Under the pieces are notes generated by a model, which was given only the letters and a program-made list of their open reading frames with translations, was not told where the DNA came from and searched no databases. A DNA stretch of 64,000 nucleotides from the human T2T-CHM13v2.0 reference genome, Homo sapiens: assembly GCF_009914755.1 (NCBI RefSeq), contig NC_060947.1. The stretch is one strand, 5' to 3'. How positions within the stretch are numbered: the first letter of the stretch is position 1; each line of letters begins with the position of its first letter. A program made the position numbers and the translations under genes. Positions 50,552 through 64,000 of the stretch are shown here, piece by piece.

Positions 50552-51756
50552 AAATGGTCTGGTATTCTTAGTGCTGGCATAACAAAGGGCAGTATTTATA
50601 GTTGGCTCATAAAAAACACTCTTAAGGAGAAGGGACATGGGAAAAGATTTTCAATGCAAAGGACCATCTCATTAGCTCTCACTTACTTTAGCATTCTCCC
50701 AACTAAAACAGAAGGTGGTAACCACGCCCCAAACAATGGCCCATTTTCAAAATGAAATAATGCAAATTTGGGATGGATTTATCTGGCTCACCCCTTTGAC
50801 TGGCCAACTCAGCCAAAATGCTCCTTTGTGCTGGGATCAAAGAAATCACACCAAGGACCTATGCCCAAACACTACGTGAGATATGGGGTGGATATCCAAA
50901 AGACATGGTGACCACATTATCATATTACAAGACACTGACTGGCATGCCATCAATTGGGTGCAGTGACCAGGTATTTATTGGCTAGCTCCAAATGAAACAT
51001 GTTGGTTTTGTGGCACTAATTTATGGCTGCGGTTACCTCCAGGGTGGCTAGGATAATGTTCCTTAGGTTATGCTTGGGCACAAGAATAAGTAATTCAGAC
51101 CCTGCCAAAACCAGCAAACCTTTTTCATTTAAAAATCTTGTTGGACACGTTTGGTATTCCAATGGTATAATCATTTAGCTTCAATATTTATACCACAGAT
51201 AGGTATTTAAGATGTTATATGGCATATAGAGGCCTTACTGAATTACACTCAAAAGGCCACATGAGTATCTATCTCTTTGCTAAATGATGAGGTCATGCTT
51301 ATGAGGAAAGCTGAGCTACAAAACTGTATGGCTTTAGAAATACTAATGGCAACACAAGGGGGGAATTGCGCCATCATAAAAACTGAATGTTGTGTGTATA
51401 TTCCAGATGAATCAAAGAACATAACCCAACTTATGACTGATATGAAAACCCAGATAACCAAACTGCCAGATCAAAAACCATTACTGATCGATTGGTTGAG
51501 CAGTTGGTTTGAACCCTGGGGAACTCAGTGACAGAAACTCTTGCTTATAATATTAATAATAATAATGATTTGTGTTCTGTCCTGTTTTTACTTACAATGT
51601 TGTTATTGTATGTGCTTGCAAATAAGTCGATGTGCAACTGGAAGGGCCAGGGTAATAATTGCCCAGAAAATTGCTCTAATTGAGGAGGCAGTGATATAGC
51701 CTAACCCAGCTTCTAGGTTTGCTTTCCTGTTGTTGCCATAAATCTGGCCTAGATTC

Positions 51757-51892
51757 ATATATATATACGTATATATATATATATATGTATGTATATATAT
51801 ATACATATATATACGTATATATATATATACACGTATATATATATATATACACGTATATATATATATATACACACGTATATATATATATATAC

Positions 51893-51926
<34 letters not shown>

Positions 51927-52008
51927 ATATATATATATATATATATATACGTATATATATATATACACGTATATATATATATACACGTATATATATATAT
52001 ATACACAC

Positions 52009-52096
<88 letters not shown>
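51757..52096. repeat. ~340-bp (TA)n tract with periodic CACG interruptions
   Basis: Direct inspection. Confidence 0.97.
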
Positions 52097-52099
<3 letters not shown>

Positions 52100-52109
52100 A
52101 CCTTCATGG

Positions 52110-52304
52110 GACAAGACTTCCTAGAAATGAGCCCTCATAGTGATGTGGGACCTGAACTTATAGGAATGAGACTACCTGGTTACATGAGACCTGAACTTCT
52201 AGGAATAAGCCTTCCTAGCAATGTGGGACTTGAACTTCTAGGAATGAGCCTTCCTAGTGACATGGGACCTAAACTTCTAGGAATAAGCCATCCCAGCAAT
52301 GAGA
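52110..52304 (+). repeat. 39-bp tandem repeat, about 5 copies
   Basis: gac(c/t)t(g/a)aac at 52149, 52188, 52227 and 52266. Confidence 0.92.
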
Positions 52305-52390
52305 AACTAGCAAAAAAAGGAGAAAAGAAACAACCTGAGGCCAAGAACTCATATTCTTTTTAAAATGCTTTTCTCCAAAAGATTCTAAAG

Positions 52391-52410
52391 AAAAAGATGG
52401 GAGGGGGCAA
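52391..52410 (+). promoter_or_regulatory. Polypurine tract
   Basis: aaaaagatgggagggggcaa immediately before the 3' LTR. Confidence 0.85.
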
Positions 52411-55400
52411 TGTGAAAGGAAAATATATTTTGGGACCCCAAACTAATTTATTAAAAGGGAAAAGTCAAGCTGGGAACTGGGTCACGCAAACTTGCCTCCA
52501 CCTTTTTGTTCCTAAATAAGATGGCTGCAAGATGAAAAGCTACCTGCCTCTCCCATATTTTGCCCACAAGGAAATTCCTGGTGAGCTGTTTAAAACTTCA
52601 CCAGGACAATGCAGACTGATAGCTTATCTTCACAGGTGCAGTCACCCTGGCCTGCCAGACATAAATCCGTATCTAATTGTTCCTTACCCCATTTTGTATG
52701 TGTTATCTTATGTAAAATGCAGATTCCACACATTTTTCCTTTGCCCCTTTTGTTTATATGAAAGCTCTGTGCTTCCCAATATCCTTCCCTTTCCCCTTTA
52801 AATTTGGAGCTCTCAAAATCATCTTCAAAGAAAGGCCATAGACCTGTCTCCCAGGTGTGTCCTTAACTTTGGCAAATAAATCTCCAAAAATGATTGAGAC
52901 TTGTCATGTTATTTTCTTGACTGACAATGGATATGTCGCAAGTTATCAGAAAAGCTCATTTTAGCAGGATGTGAAGTCTTATGTCCTATGAAGAGAAATT
53001 AGGGGAAGAGAGAAAAACAACAACAAACAAAAGAACAACCCTGGAAAATTGAGGCCACATTACTCTGGAGTCCATACACAAGTAGGCAGGTATAAAAGTG
53101 GCTTATGTACGTAAATAGGTTGCTGTTATTTTCTTCTGAAGTTTAATTTGTCTAGCTTCAGTCTGCAGGGCTTTAAGAAAGCACAGCTTAGTTTTCAGTG
53201 GTTTAATATTAGAATAAATGAGGGAAAAAAATGAAAGAAGAAAAAATAAAAACAATATTTTGGATACTTGTAGCCATTTAAAGTTGGAATGAAGTCCAAA
53301 TTGTAGAAAATAATAAAAATTGAAAAACATTAGGAAAGACTAGAATCTAACAACAGATATACTATAATTTTTGAAACTTTTTTTGTCTCTCCAGTTTTTT
53401 ATTTTTACTGAAGACAAGTCATAGTAGGACTGATTTGCTATATTATACTTGGCCAAATTATTTATATAAATTGCAGCAAGAATAATTATTATTCACATGG
53501 GCTTTTTAAATTGGCTTTGATGGAACTTTGTTCCATAGAAGGAATCTCAGATAAGACTTTTTAAAGTTAAGCCCAGCCATGGATTTGTACCATCAAATAT
53601 CTATGAGTTGGGTAAATTCCTCTTCTCTTGGGGTCCCAAGAAAACTTGGGGCTCCTGGGCCTGTCAGAAAGTGATATTTTTTACTAACCACATATCAGGA
53701 ACCCTGTACAAGAACTGTGTAGACAAGGTGTGAGGCCAGTTTTCCCAATGGGCTTTTATTGGCTCTAAAAATCAAATTTGATTCCTTAAAGGAAAGCACA
53801 CCATTCCAGTCAAAACCTTAGTAAAATAACGAGTTCTTCCAATTGTGTCCTGTTACAAATAAAAACAGATTCTTATTGCACTTATGCAAATAACTATATT
53901 GCCATAAGTTAAGAATACTCAGATAGTTTCCAAATTCTGGAGAAATCAGGTAGAGAGAAATATGCTCCAAATTTTGTTCACAGGAGTATACTTTACTTAA
54001 TTGTTAAAAACTGTCAACAACTCAAAAGTTTTCTTGACTCTGGAAAACAAAACGAAGGATGAGCAACATTTTAAGACAAAAGTCAAAAAGATTACTTCAG
54101 TCTTCTATTAGTTCAATCCATGAAGTTAATTCCTGTTCTGCTTGATATTCATAAACATTTCAACTCTCCATGAGTCCTGAAAGTTTCTCCTCTATTCTGA
54201 TGTCACAATCTCCAAAATTATCAGAAACCGCATTCAAGAACACCTGTTAGAGTTTTATAGCTAATTATAAAACCAACTTCTAAAGAGGACCAAAACAAGA
54301 CAACAACTGTCTGTGGATAACAAAAGGTTTTAGGGCAGCCATAGTCAAAGACACAACTTGCAAGAAAATTTGTTACCTCTGTGGCACACAATAATTTAAT
54401 GTAACGATTATAATTATTACTGATATCATACACTAAGTTATATTAGAATTATAAGAGTTTCCCATAATTGTGGAACACATAGCAATAACTGGCACATAGC
54501 AAATAGCCCAAAGGAAACAAAACACCATTTCATATTTGACAATGCTTCCTGTATGATTTTTAAACCAAATAAGCCAAATATGTCATTTTTGGATTAATTA
54601 GGTCAGAAAATACATAATTTATAATTTGATTTTGGAAAGTTTGTCAAATATCAAAGGTTTGAAACACTTGATATCACAAAATAGGATCACAGGTCATTGT
54701 AAAATAAGTCATTTATTTAACCAAAGAGATAACTCAAAGATCTCAATGAAAAGGCAAAAAACTTCATTCTTTAAAGAGCAGACATACTTTTCCAAATAAT
54801 AAGCCCTATTAAAAACAGCATGAAGCAAATTAAATTTGTTTTTCAAAATTTTATAAATAATCTATAAAATTTTAATCTTGACTCTAAGGTATAACTCTCA
54901 TAAGCCTTTTATAACCTTTATAATCTTTATTAAGGAGTCAGTTAATACTTCAATAAAACCTTCTTAATCTGACACTGGGGATCAAATACTGATCTTGCAT
55001 CAGTGTGCCTTTGACATTAATAGTTCATTTATAGAAAAACTGAACTTACTGTATTCCTATAGATCAGCCCTTACAGTCGCACATGCCGACCTCTTCCACA
55101 ATAGTCTCTTGGTCTCGAGGTGTTGAATAGCTTTAATTTCTGGCCCTGTGTCTCGGTTTATTTTGATTGGCATCTTCTACTAGGCCTGAAGATGAGGCTT
55201 TAATTGCCGTCAGTGTTTAAGATTTAGCAGTAATTAATGTCCTTTTGAGACCCATGAGTCAAATCCCTGTAACTCACTGTCACAAGGATTTAAAAGCACA
55301 TACAGAAAGATATACTGATGTAATAACCTTAATTAATTTTTGTTTAATCTCAGTTATTTTCTAAGCAAACAAAAACATAATAATAATGGCATAGGAATTA

Positions 55401-55763
55401 TTTTAATAAAACATGAAATATTTTAGGCCAGTTACCAAAACGCAAAAGAAAAGACCTTCTGCAGTGCACAGAGTATGATGTTGCACCTTCAGATCTTTAA
55501 AACAAACATTGTTAGCATCAGGCAACAAAAAACAGAACCTGAGGCAAAAAAAAAAAAACAAAAAAACCTTATATGAACTGAAAAGGAGTTGAAGGAGAGT
55601 GTTAGTATTTTACGCCTTTAAAACAGGAGAGAAAACTAAAAACAGTGAGATGCAATGAAACTTGAACTTTACGTTAAAAAAGTTAAAAACTCTTATAATT
55701 CATTAAGAGTAAATAAATCCCTTAAGAAAATTTTATTGTTCTAACAAATTCTTCAGTATATAA

Positions 55764-56160
<397 letters not shown>

Positions 56161-56539
56161 TAAAATTATTTTTCTTTAAGTTTTTTTACCAAAACATACC
56201 TCTTTATTTTTATAACTTTATTTATATCTCCCTTATTTCCTGGTTCCTTTTACATTGTTTTATACATAACCTTTAAATAAGCTTTGAATTACACAAAAAT
56301 AATTCACCTATTTAAAAAGGACACATTTTGTTTTAGAAAAAAGTTTTCCTATAATATATACTTTATCAGAAAATACCCCAAAAATAAAATATCTTTTATT
56401 TTATTTAAATTACTTTAGATTCTAAATTATGAGAAGTTTGTCTACAAGTATTTATCCCATTACATTTACCTAATTATTTCATTTTAATCATTTACCTAGA
56501 TTATTTATGAAAACTGTGATAGTCATAATTTAAAATTAT

Positions 56540-56770
56540 AAAAGCACCATTGCAAAATTATAACTCAGACAGTAAAAAAGATCTGACCTAACTCACTCCA
56601 TGTTGTCTCTAACCTCCAAGCTGTCTTTATTCACTCCTGGGCATAGGCTGAATCAACTTTGGGAGGAACTTAGTTTATAGTTTAGCTTTGAAACAAAGAC
56701 AATGACAGTCCTTTCTCAAAACAAACCTCCTTTCTGCCTGTGGACTAGACTGCCTAAAGCCAAAAGTTAT
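56540..56770 (+). mobile_element. LTR8-like U3 fragment inside MER4-int
   Basis: ttgcaaaattataactcagacag ... ctaacctccaagctgtc ... gggaggaacttagtttatag. Confidence 0.7.
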
Positions 56771-57255
56771 AGTAATTTATTAAATAATTCAAGATGTAGT
56801 TATTTCCATTAAACCAATATCAATGTCTTATTAAAAATTACACAAGCAAAGATCATTCTGTTGGGGGCTGGGATTATAGTTTTGTAACCTTTATGCCCAG
56901 TTTTGACACCTCATAGTACTTGGAAAGGATAAGAATAAAATTGCTTGATCAATAAATGCAAACAAAAATATATGCTGGCAATTTTTAAGACATTTCTAAT
57001 ATTACTTTACCAATAATTTTAAAGACAGCTCATTTATTAAAGATTTTACTTAAGTTACATAAACTTGAAAAAGCATTTGACTAGTCTTTCCATTTTACTG
57101 ATAAAGCATTTAAGAGCTTTTATTTTTTCTTAAGCAAATAAATTAGAGCTCTTTTATATATTTTGGTTAGCGAAACATTCTGTACACAACACTTAAATAC
57201 ATAGACATATTAGGCATGCCGATAGAAGTACATCTTATAGGTTCATAAGGCCTCC

Positions 57256-57617
57256 TTTTATTTTATTTTATTTTATTTTATTTTATTTTATTTTATTTTA
57301 TTTTATTTATTTTATTTTGTTTTATTTTTTTGAGATAGAGTCTTGCTCTGTCACCCAGGCTGGATTGCAATGGTGTGATCTAGGCTCACTGCAACCTCTG
57401 CCTCCCAGGTTCAAGCAATTCTCTTGCCTCAGCCTCCCAAGTAGGCTGGGATTACAGGCATTTGCCACCAAGCCCAGCTAATGTTTTTTTTAATTTTAGT
57501 TGAGACGGGGTTTTGCCATGTTGGCCAGGCTGGTCTCAAACTCCTGACCTCAGGTGATCCACCTACCTTGGCCTCCCAAAGTGCCAGGATTACAGGCATG
57601 CACCACTGCGTCCAGCC
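57256..57617 (-). mobile_element. AluS with (TTTTA)n tail
   Basis: Full dimer. Confidence 0.95.
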
Positions 57618-58854
57618 TTTTGTTTTTTTCTCTCTTAGACTTGTAAACTCTTGGTAACCTGTTTCATTACCCTAGCAGTTGTTAGCTAAATAGCCTTAAA
57701 TCTTCATATTGAAGGAAACAAACCTTAGGTGAAAAATCAGATAGCAAAAGTTGCATCTCAAGGTACAGAGAAAAAAAGTCTGGTAGTGCTGGAGAGATTA
57801 ATGGTGGATATCAAATCAAATATACAATTATAGAAATCTATCACAGGATTATATAACGAGCCCAATTTTATTTAGATAGGGACTACCTATCTTTCCACTG
57901 AATATCTGAGCTCTGGGAAGAGCCCACACTGAAACCATCGGTCTTCAAAAAGGAAGAATTATATGAGCCTTGACCACGCGTGCTAGCAAAAAGGTGGACT
58001 TCTTCTTATATAAGCAAAACCCTTTAAGTAGTCCAAATAAAAAATCTTTCTTATTTTTTCTTTTGCTAGCTGCTTTTCTCCCCCTACCACACCACTTTTG
58101 TGTGTGGGGAGAAGGTGGAATTTAGCCACTTCAGAGGCCTTCTTCCCCATAATTTGGACCTTTCCTTTGGATTTGATTAAATCAGATAGAGTTGGTCAAA
58201 ACTAATGGAAAAAAAGACTGAAACAACAAAAAAACAGAAACAAACAATCAAAGCAGTTAAGCAAAACAAACAAACAATCACACAACTTATATGATTACTG
58301 AGTGTTGTAACAGTAAGGTGAAATTAAGACAGGTTGTTAATCTTAACTTTAGCCAAGAAAAATCCCAATTCAGTCACTTACCTAGGGATGAGTCTCAGGC
58401 TGATGACTGCTCCCTACCATCCTAGAAGAAGGAAAAAACACACTCTTCTTTATTGGAAGTGAGCTCAAATTCCATAAAGGAGTTACCTGCCTTCCATTAT
58501 CATGGAAGCAGGAAAACTTGCCTTCCTTGTATTGAAAGCAAGAAATATTGCAAAGACAGGAGTTGTACAGCAAAATAAACTTTAGATCTCGACCAAATTT
58601 GGGGAGATCATGGATTCTCTGAAGGCGAAACCTTCAGGCCTTAGCAAATTGTCCTGTTGATTTGAGCCATAAAGATAGGTCAACCTCACACCAAGCACCA
58701 ATAGGAGATTTGTGAAAGGTCAGGGGTATCTCCATTCAGAACCCCTTTGTGGTTACCAAAATGTGAACCCCAAATATCTGAGACCCATCTCAGCCAATCA
58801 TCCTAGGCTAAGTTTAGTACAATGTCTGTCATAAAGTAGATGCCCAAAATGCTT

Positions 58855-59758
58855 TTTTTTAAATTGACATATGATTCTCATATTATATAATTTGTGCATT
58901 TGAACTGTAAAATTCAGTGGTTTTTAGTATATTCACAATATATAATCACGTTATGTAATTCACATTATATAATCATAACCATTATCTAATTTGAGAACAT
59001 TTTTTATTATTTCCAAAAAAACCCCATACCATTAGCAGAACCCTTCATTCTTTCCTACCCCCATTCTCTGGCAAACACCAATCTACATTCTGCTTCTACA
59101 GAGTTGTCTATTTTGAACATTTCACAAAAATAAAACCAAATAATGTGTGGCCTTTTGTGTTTGCCTATGTTCACTTAGTGTGTTTCTATGGTTCATCTTT
59201 CTTGTACCATGTATTAGTACTTCATATCCACTTGCTGCAGCACCATTTATTGAAAGACTGTTCTTTCTTCCATTGAACTGTTTGAGCATCCTTGTTTCAA
59301 ATTGATTACAAATATATGAATTAAATTTTGGGCTTTCAGTTCTATTGCATTCATCTGTATGTCTATTCTTATGCCAGTACCACACTATCTTCATTACTAT
59401 AGCTTTGTATTAAGTTCTGAAACTAGAAAGTGTGAATGCTACAATTTTATTCTTACTTTTCAAGATTGCTTTGGCTATTCTGTCTTTCTTTCATTTTTAT
59501 ATAAATTTTAGAATCAGATTTCAGTTTATGAATAAAAGTCAGCTGGGGATTTAATAGGTCTTGTGTTGAATTTGCAGATGAATTTGAGGGAAGATTGCTA
59601 TCTTAACAATATTAAGTCTTTCAATACATGAACATGGGTTGCTCTTCCATTTTTGTAGGTCTTATCTAATTTATTTCAACAAAATCTGTACTATTCAGTG
59701 TTCCTGTCTTGCACTTCTTTTGTTAAATTTATGATTAAGTATGTTGTTCTTTTTGAAG
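58855..59758 (-). mobile_element. Old L1M 3'UTR and ORF2 (resumes 63815-64000)
   Basis: ORF 59122-59394 VWYWHKNRH. Confidence 0.8.
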
Positions 59759-59759
59759 A

Positions 59760-62700
59760 CTTTTTAAATTTTTATTTTAGGTTTGGGGTACGTGTGAGGA
59801 TTTCTTACATAGGTAAACTCATGTCACAAAGGTTTGTTGCATAGATTTTTTCACACAGATATTAAGCCTAGTACAGAATAGTTATCTTTTCTGCTCCTCT
59901 GTTTTCTCTCACACTTCACCCTTAAGTAGTCCCAAGTGTCTGTTGTTCCCTTCTTTGTGCTCATGAGTTCTCATTATTTAGCTCCCACTTATAAGTTAAA
60001 ACATGTGGTATTTGGATTTCTTTTCCTGCATTAGTTTGTTAAGGATAGTAGCCTTCAGCTCCATTCATGTTGCTACAAAAGACACAACCTCATTCTTTTT
60101 TATGACTGCAAAGTATTCCCTGGTGATTAAGTACCACATTTCCCTCATTTTATCTGTCATATATGGGCATTTAGGTTGATTCATGTCTTTGCAATTGTGA
60201 ATAGTGCTGTAATGAACATTCACATGCATATCTCTTTTTGGTAGAATGATTTATATTCCTCTGGGTATATACCTCGGGATTGCTGGGGCAGATGTTAGTT
60301 CTGTCTTTAGGTCTTTGAGAAATCACCATACTGTTTTCCACAATGGTTGAACTAATTTATACACTCACCAAGAGTATATGAGTGTTCCCTCATCTCTATA
60401 ATCTAACCAGCATCTGTTTTCTTTTGTTTGTTTGTTTGTTTTTACTTTTGGTAATAGCCATTCTGACTGGTGTGAGATTGTATCTCATTGTGGTTTTGAT
60501 TTGCAATTCTCTAATAATCAGTGATATTAAGCTTTTTTCATATGCTTGTTGCCTGCATGTATGTCTTCTTTTGAAAAGTGTCTGTTCATGTCCTTTGCCC
60601 ACTTTGATGGGGTTCTTTATTTTTCTCTTGTAAATTTAAGTAGCTTACAGATGCTAGATACTAGACTTTTATTCAGATGCATAGTTTGCAAATATTTCCT
60701 CCCAATATGTAGATTGTCTGTTTAGTCTGTTCATAGTTTCTTTTGCTGTGCAGAAGCTTTTAAGTTTACTTAGATCTCATTTGTCATTTTTTGGTTTTAG
60801 TTGTGATTGCTTATGCCGTCTTTGTCAAGAAATATTTGCCCATTCCTATATAAAGGATGGTAGTTCCTAAGTTGTCTCCCAGGGATTTTATAGTTTTGTG
60901 TTTTACATTTAAGTCTTTAATCCATGTTGAGTTGATTTTTTTATATCGTGTAAGAAAGGAGTCCAGCTTTAATCTTCTGCATATGGCTAGCCAGTTGTTT
61001 TACCACCATTTATTGAATAGGAACGCTTTTCCCCATTGCTTTTTTTTTTTTTTTTTTTTTTGGTCAAATTTGTCACATTATTTTTGGGCTCTCTGCTGTG
61101 TTCCATAGGTCTATGTGCCTGTTTTTCTACCAGTACCATGCTGTTTTGGTTACTAAAGCACTGTAGTATAGTTTGAAGTTGGGTAACATAATGGCTTCAG
61201 CTTTGATGTTTTTGCTTAGGATTGCCTTGGCTATTCAGGTTCTTTTTTTGGTTGCATAAGAATTTTGAAATAGTTGTTTTCTAGTCCTGTGAATAATGTT
61301 GTTGGTAGTTTGATAGGAATAGCATAAAATCTGTAAATTGCTTTAGGCAGTATGACTATTTTAATAATATTGATTCTTTTTTATCTATGAGCATAATTTT
61401 TTTATTTCTTTGTGCCTTCTCTAATTTCTTTAAGCAGTGTTTTGTAATTCTCATTGTAGAGATTGTTTACCTCCCTGGTTAGCTGTATTCCTAGGTATTT
61501 TATTCCTCTGTGGAAATTGTGAATGGAATTGTCTTCCTGATTTGGCTCTTGGCTTGGCTGTTGTTGATGTATAAGAATGCTAGTAATTTTTCTACATTGG
61601 TTTTGTATCTTTGCATCCTGAAACTGCTGAAGTTGTTTATCAGCTGAAGAATCTTTTGAGCCAAGATTATGAGGTTTTCTAGATATAGAATCATGTTGTC
61701 TGCAAACAGGGATAGTTTGACTTCCTCTTTTTCTATTTGGATGCCCTTTTTTTTCTTTCTCTTTCCTGATTGCTCTGGCCAGGAATTCCAATATGATACT
61801 GAAAAGAAGTGGTGAGAGAGGGCATCATTATCTTCTCCCAGTTTTCAAATGGAATCCTTCTAGCATCTGCACCTTCAGTATGTTGGCTATGGGTTTGTCA
61901 TAGATGGCCCTTATTTTTCAAGGTATGTTTCTTCAATACATAGTTTATTAAGAGTTTTTAACATAAAATGGTGTTAGATTTTATCAAAAGCTTTTTCTGC
62001 ATTTATTGAGATAATCATTTGGTTTTGTCTTTAGTTCTATGTGATAAATCACATTATTATAATCGATTTATGTATGCTGAATCTACCTTTTATCCCAGTG
62101 ATGAAGTCTTCTTGGTCACGGTGGATTAGATTTTTGATGTACTGCTGAATTTTGTTTGCAAGCTTTTTGTTGAGGACTTTTTATTAATGATTCAATTTTG
62201 GAGATTGTTATTGGTTATTGGTCTGTTTGGGAAATCAATTTCTTTATGGTTCAGTCTTGGGATGGTGTATGTGTCCAGGAATTTTTCCATCTCTTCTAGG
62301 TTTTCCAGTTTGTGTGCATAGAGGTGTTCATAGTAGTTTCTGGTGGTTATTTTTATTTCTGTAGGGTCAGTGGTAACATTCCTTCCTAATTTCTAATTGT
62401 GTTTATTTGGATCTTCTCTCTTTTCTTCTTCATTACTCTAGCTAGCAGCCTATCTTATTAATTTTTTCAAAAAACCAACTCCTGGATTCACTGATCTTTT
62501 GAATCATTTGTATGTGTGTGTGTGTGTCTTGAATTCCTTAAATCCAGCTCTGATTTGGTTGTCTCTTGTTTTCTGCTAGGTTTAGTAGCTATGCATTTCA
62601 CTCCTTAACACTGTCTTAGCTGTGTCCCAGAAACTCTCATTTGTTATACCTTTGTTCTCAATAGTTTCAAAGAACTTCTTGATTTTTGCCTTAATTTCTT

Positions 62701-63814
62701 TATTTTCCTGAAAGTTATTCAAGAGCAGATTGTTTAATTTTCATGTAATTGCATGGTTTTGAGTGATTTTCTTAGTATTAATGTCTATTTTTATTTTGCT
62801 GTTGTCTGAGAGTGTGTTTGGTATGATTTTGATCATTTTGCATTTGCTGAGTATTGTTGTATGTCTAATTATGTAGACAATTTTTTAGAGTATGTGTCAT
62901 GTGGTGATGAGAAGAATGTACATTTTGTTGTTTTGGGATGGAGAGTTCCATAGAGGTGTATCAGATCCATTTGTCCAGTGTTGAGTTGAGGTCCTGAATA
63001 TCTTTGTTAATTTTCTGCCACAGTGACTTATCTAATGCTGTCAGTGGATTGTTTAAGTCTCCCACTATTATTTTGTGGAAGTCTGTGTCTCTGTGTAAGT
63101 CTCTAAGAACTTGCATTATAAATCTGGGTACTCTTGTGTTGGTTATATATAAATTTAGGAGTTACATTTTCTTGTTGAATTGAACCCTTTACCGTTTCTT
63201 GTTGAATTATGAAATACCCTTCTTTGTCTTTTTTTTAATTTTGTTCATTTAAAGTCTGTTTTGTCTGCCATTAGGATTGCAACCACAGCTTTTTCCTGTT
63301 TTCCATTTGCTTGATAGACGTTCTTCATTCCCTTAATTTTGAGCATATGGGCGTCATTGTGTGGGAGATGGGTCTCCTGAAGATAACATACCATTGGTTC
63401 TTGCTTTTTTATCCAGCTTACCACTCTGTGTCTTTTAAGTGGGGGCATTTAGCCCATTTACATTCAACGTTATTATTTATATGTGTGGATTTGATCCTGT
63501 CATTGTGTTGTTAGCTTGTTATTGGGCAGGCTTGTTTGTGTGGTTGTTTTATAGTGTCACTGGTCTGTGTATTTAAGTGTGTTTTTGTATTAGCTGGTAG
63601 TGGTCTTTCCATATTTAGTACTTCTTTCAAGATCTCTTGTAAGGCAGGTCTGATGGTAACAAAGTTTCTCAGCATTTAGTTATCTGAAAAGAATCTTATT
63701 TCTCCTTCACTGAGAAAGCTTAGTGTGGCTGGATATAAAATTCTTGGTTGAAGATTTTTTTCTTTAAGAATGTTGAATATAGGCCCTCAATCTCTTCTGG
63801 CTCGTATGATTTCA
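59760..63814 (-). mobile_element. Old L1PA (PA15/16-like), truncated in ORF1, with internal deletions
   Basis: 3'UTR at 59760; ORF2 fragments (61500-61694; CYLQETH in 63245-63448); ORF1 end at 63610-63810. Confidence 0.88.
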
Positions 63815-64000
63815 GTTGATGCTATTGCAAATAAAATTGTTTTTAAGAATTTTTTGGAGTGTTCATATATAGAAATAAAATTAACTTTTGTATCTTGATC
63901 TATTGAGGAACGTTGGTAAACTCACTTGTTAGCACTAAGAGTTTCTTAGTTGATCTTATAATCTTTTCTATATACAAGCTCACGTGATCTGCAAATAGAG
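63815..64000 (-). mobile_element. Host L1M ORF2 continuation
   Basis: ttgatgctattgcaaat is collinear with gttctttttga at ~59750. Confidence 0.7.

Noticed and set aside
52110-52304. Regular repeats as a CRISPR array
   Set aside because: Contiguous tandem units without unique spacers, in primate DNA with no cas genes
51603-52363. Long YIYI ORFs on both strands
   Set aside because: Artefacts of the stop-free (TA)n tract

Overview
Primate (human-like) genomic DNA made almost entirely of transposable elements. I recognise no host protein-coding gene, RNA gene or CRISPR array. Bases 1-30 kb are a deep, mostly plus-strand stack of nested LINE-1s, with a partly deleted minus-strand ERV1 provirus (pro/pol/env remnants plus 3' LTR, 11.3-15.5 kb) and MaLR LTRs. 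Bases 30-37.7 kb are older sequence (L2, MIR, MER5, FAM, L1M). Bases 36.7-58.8 kb are a MER4-group cluster. Its centrepiece is a structurally complete LTR-PBS-gag-pro-pol-env-PPT-LTR provirus (38284-52926, +, ATGG target duplication) inserted in antisense inside a non-coding MER4-int-type provirus that shares its PBS, leader and 3' end. The inner provirus is itself interrupted by an Alu and by an L1PA carrying an open ORF0. Bases 58.8-64 kb are nested minus-strand L1s. All TE coding regions are decayed. Family names come from recall of consensus sequences, and most boundaries are approximate unless a target-site duplication (TSD) is quoted.
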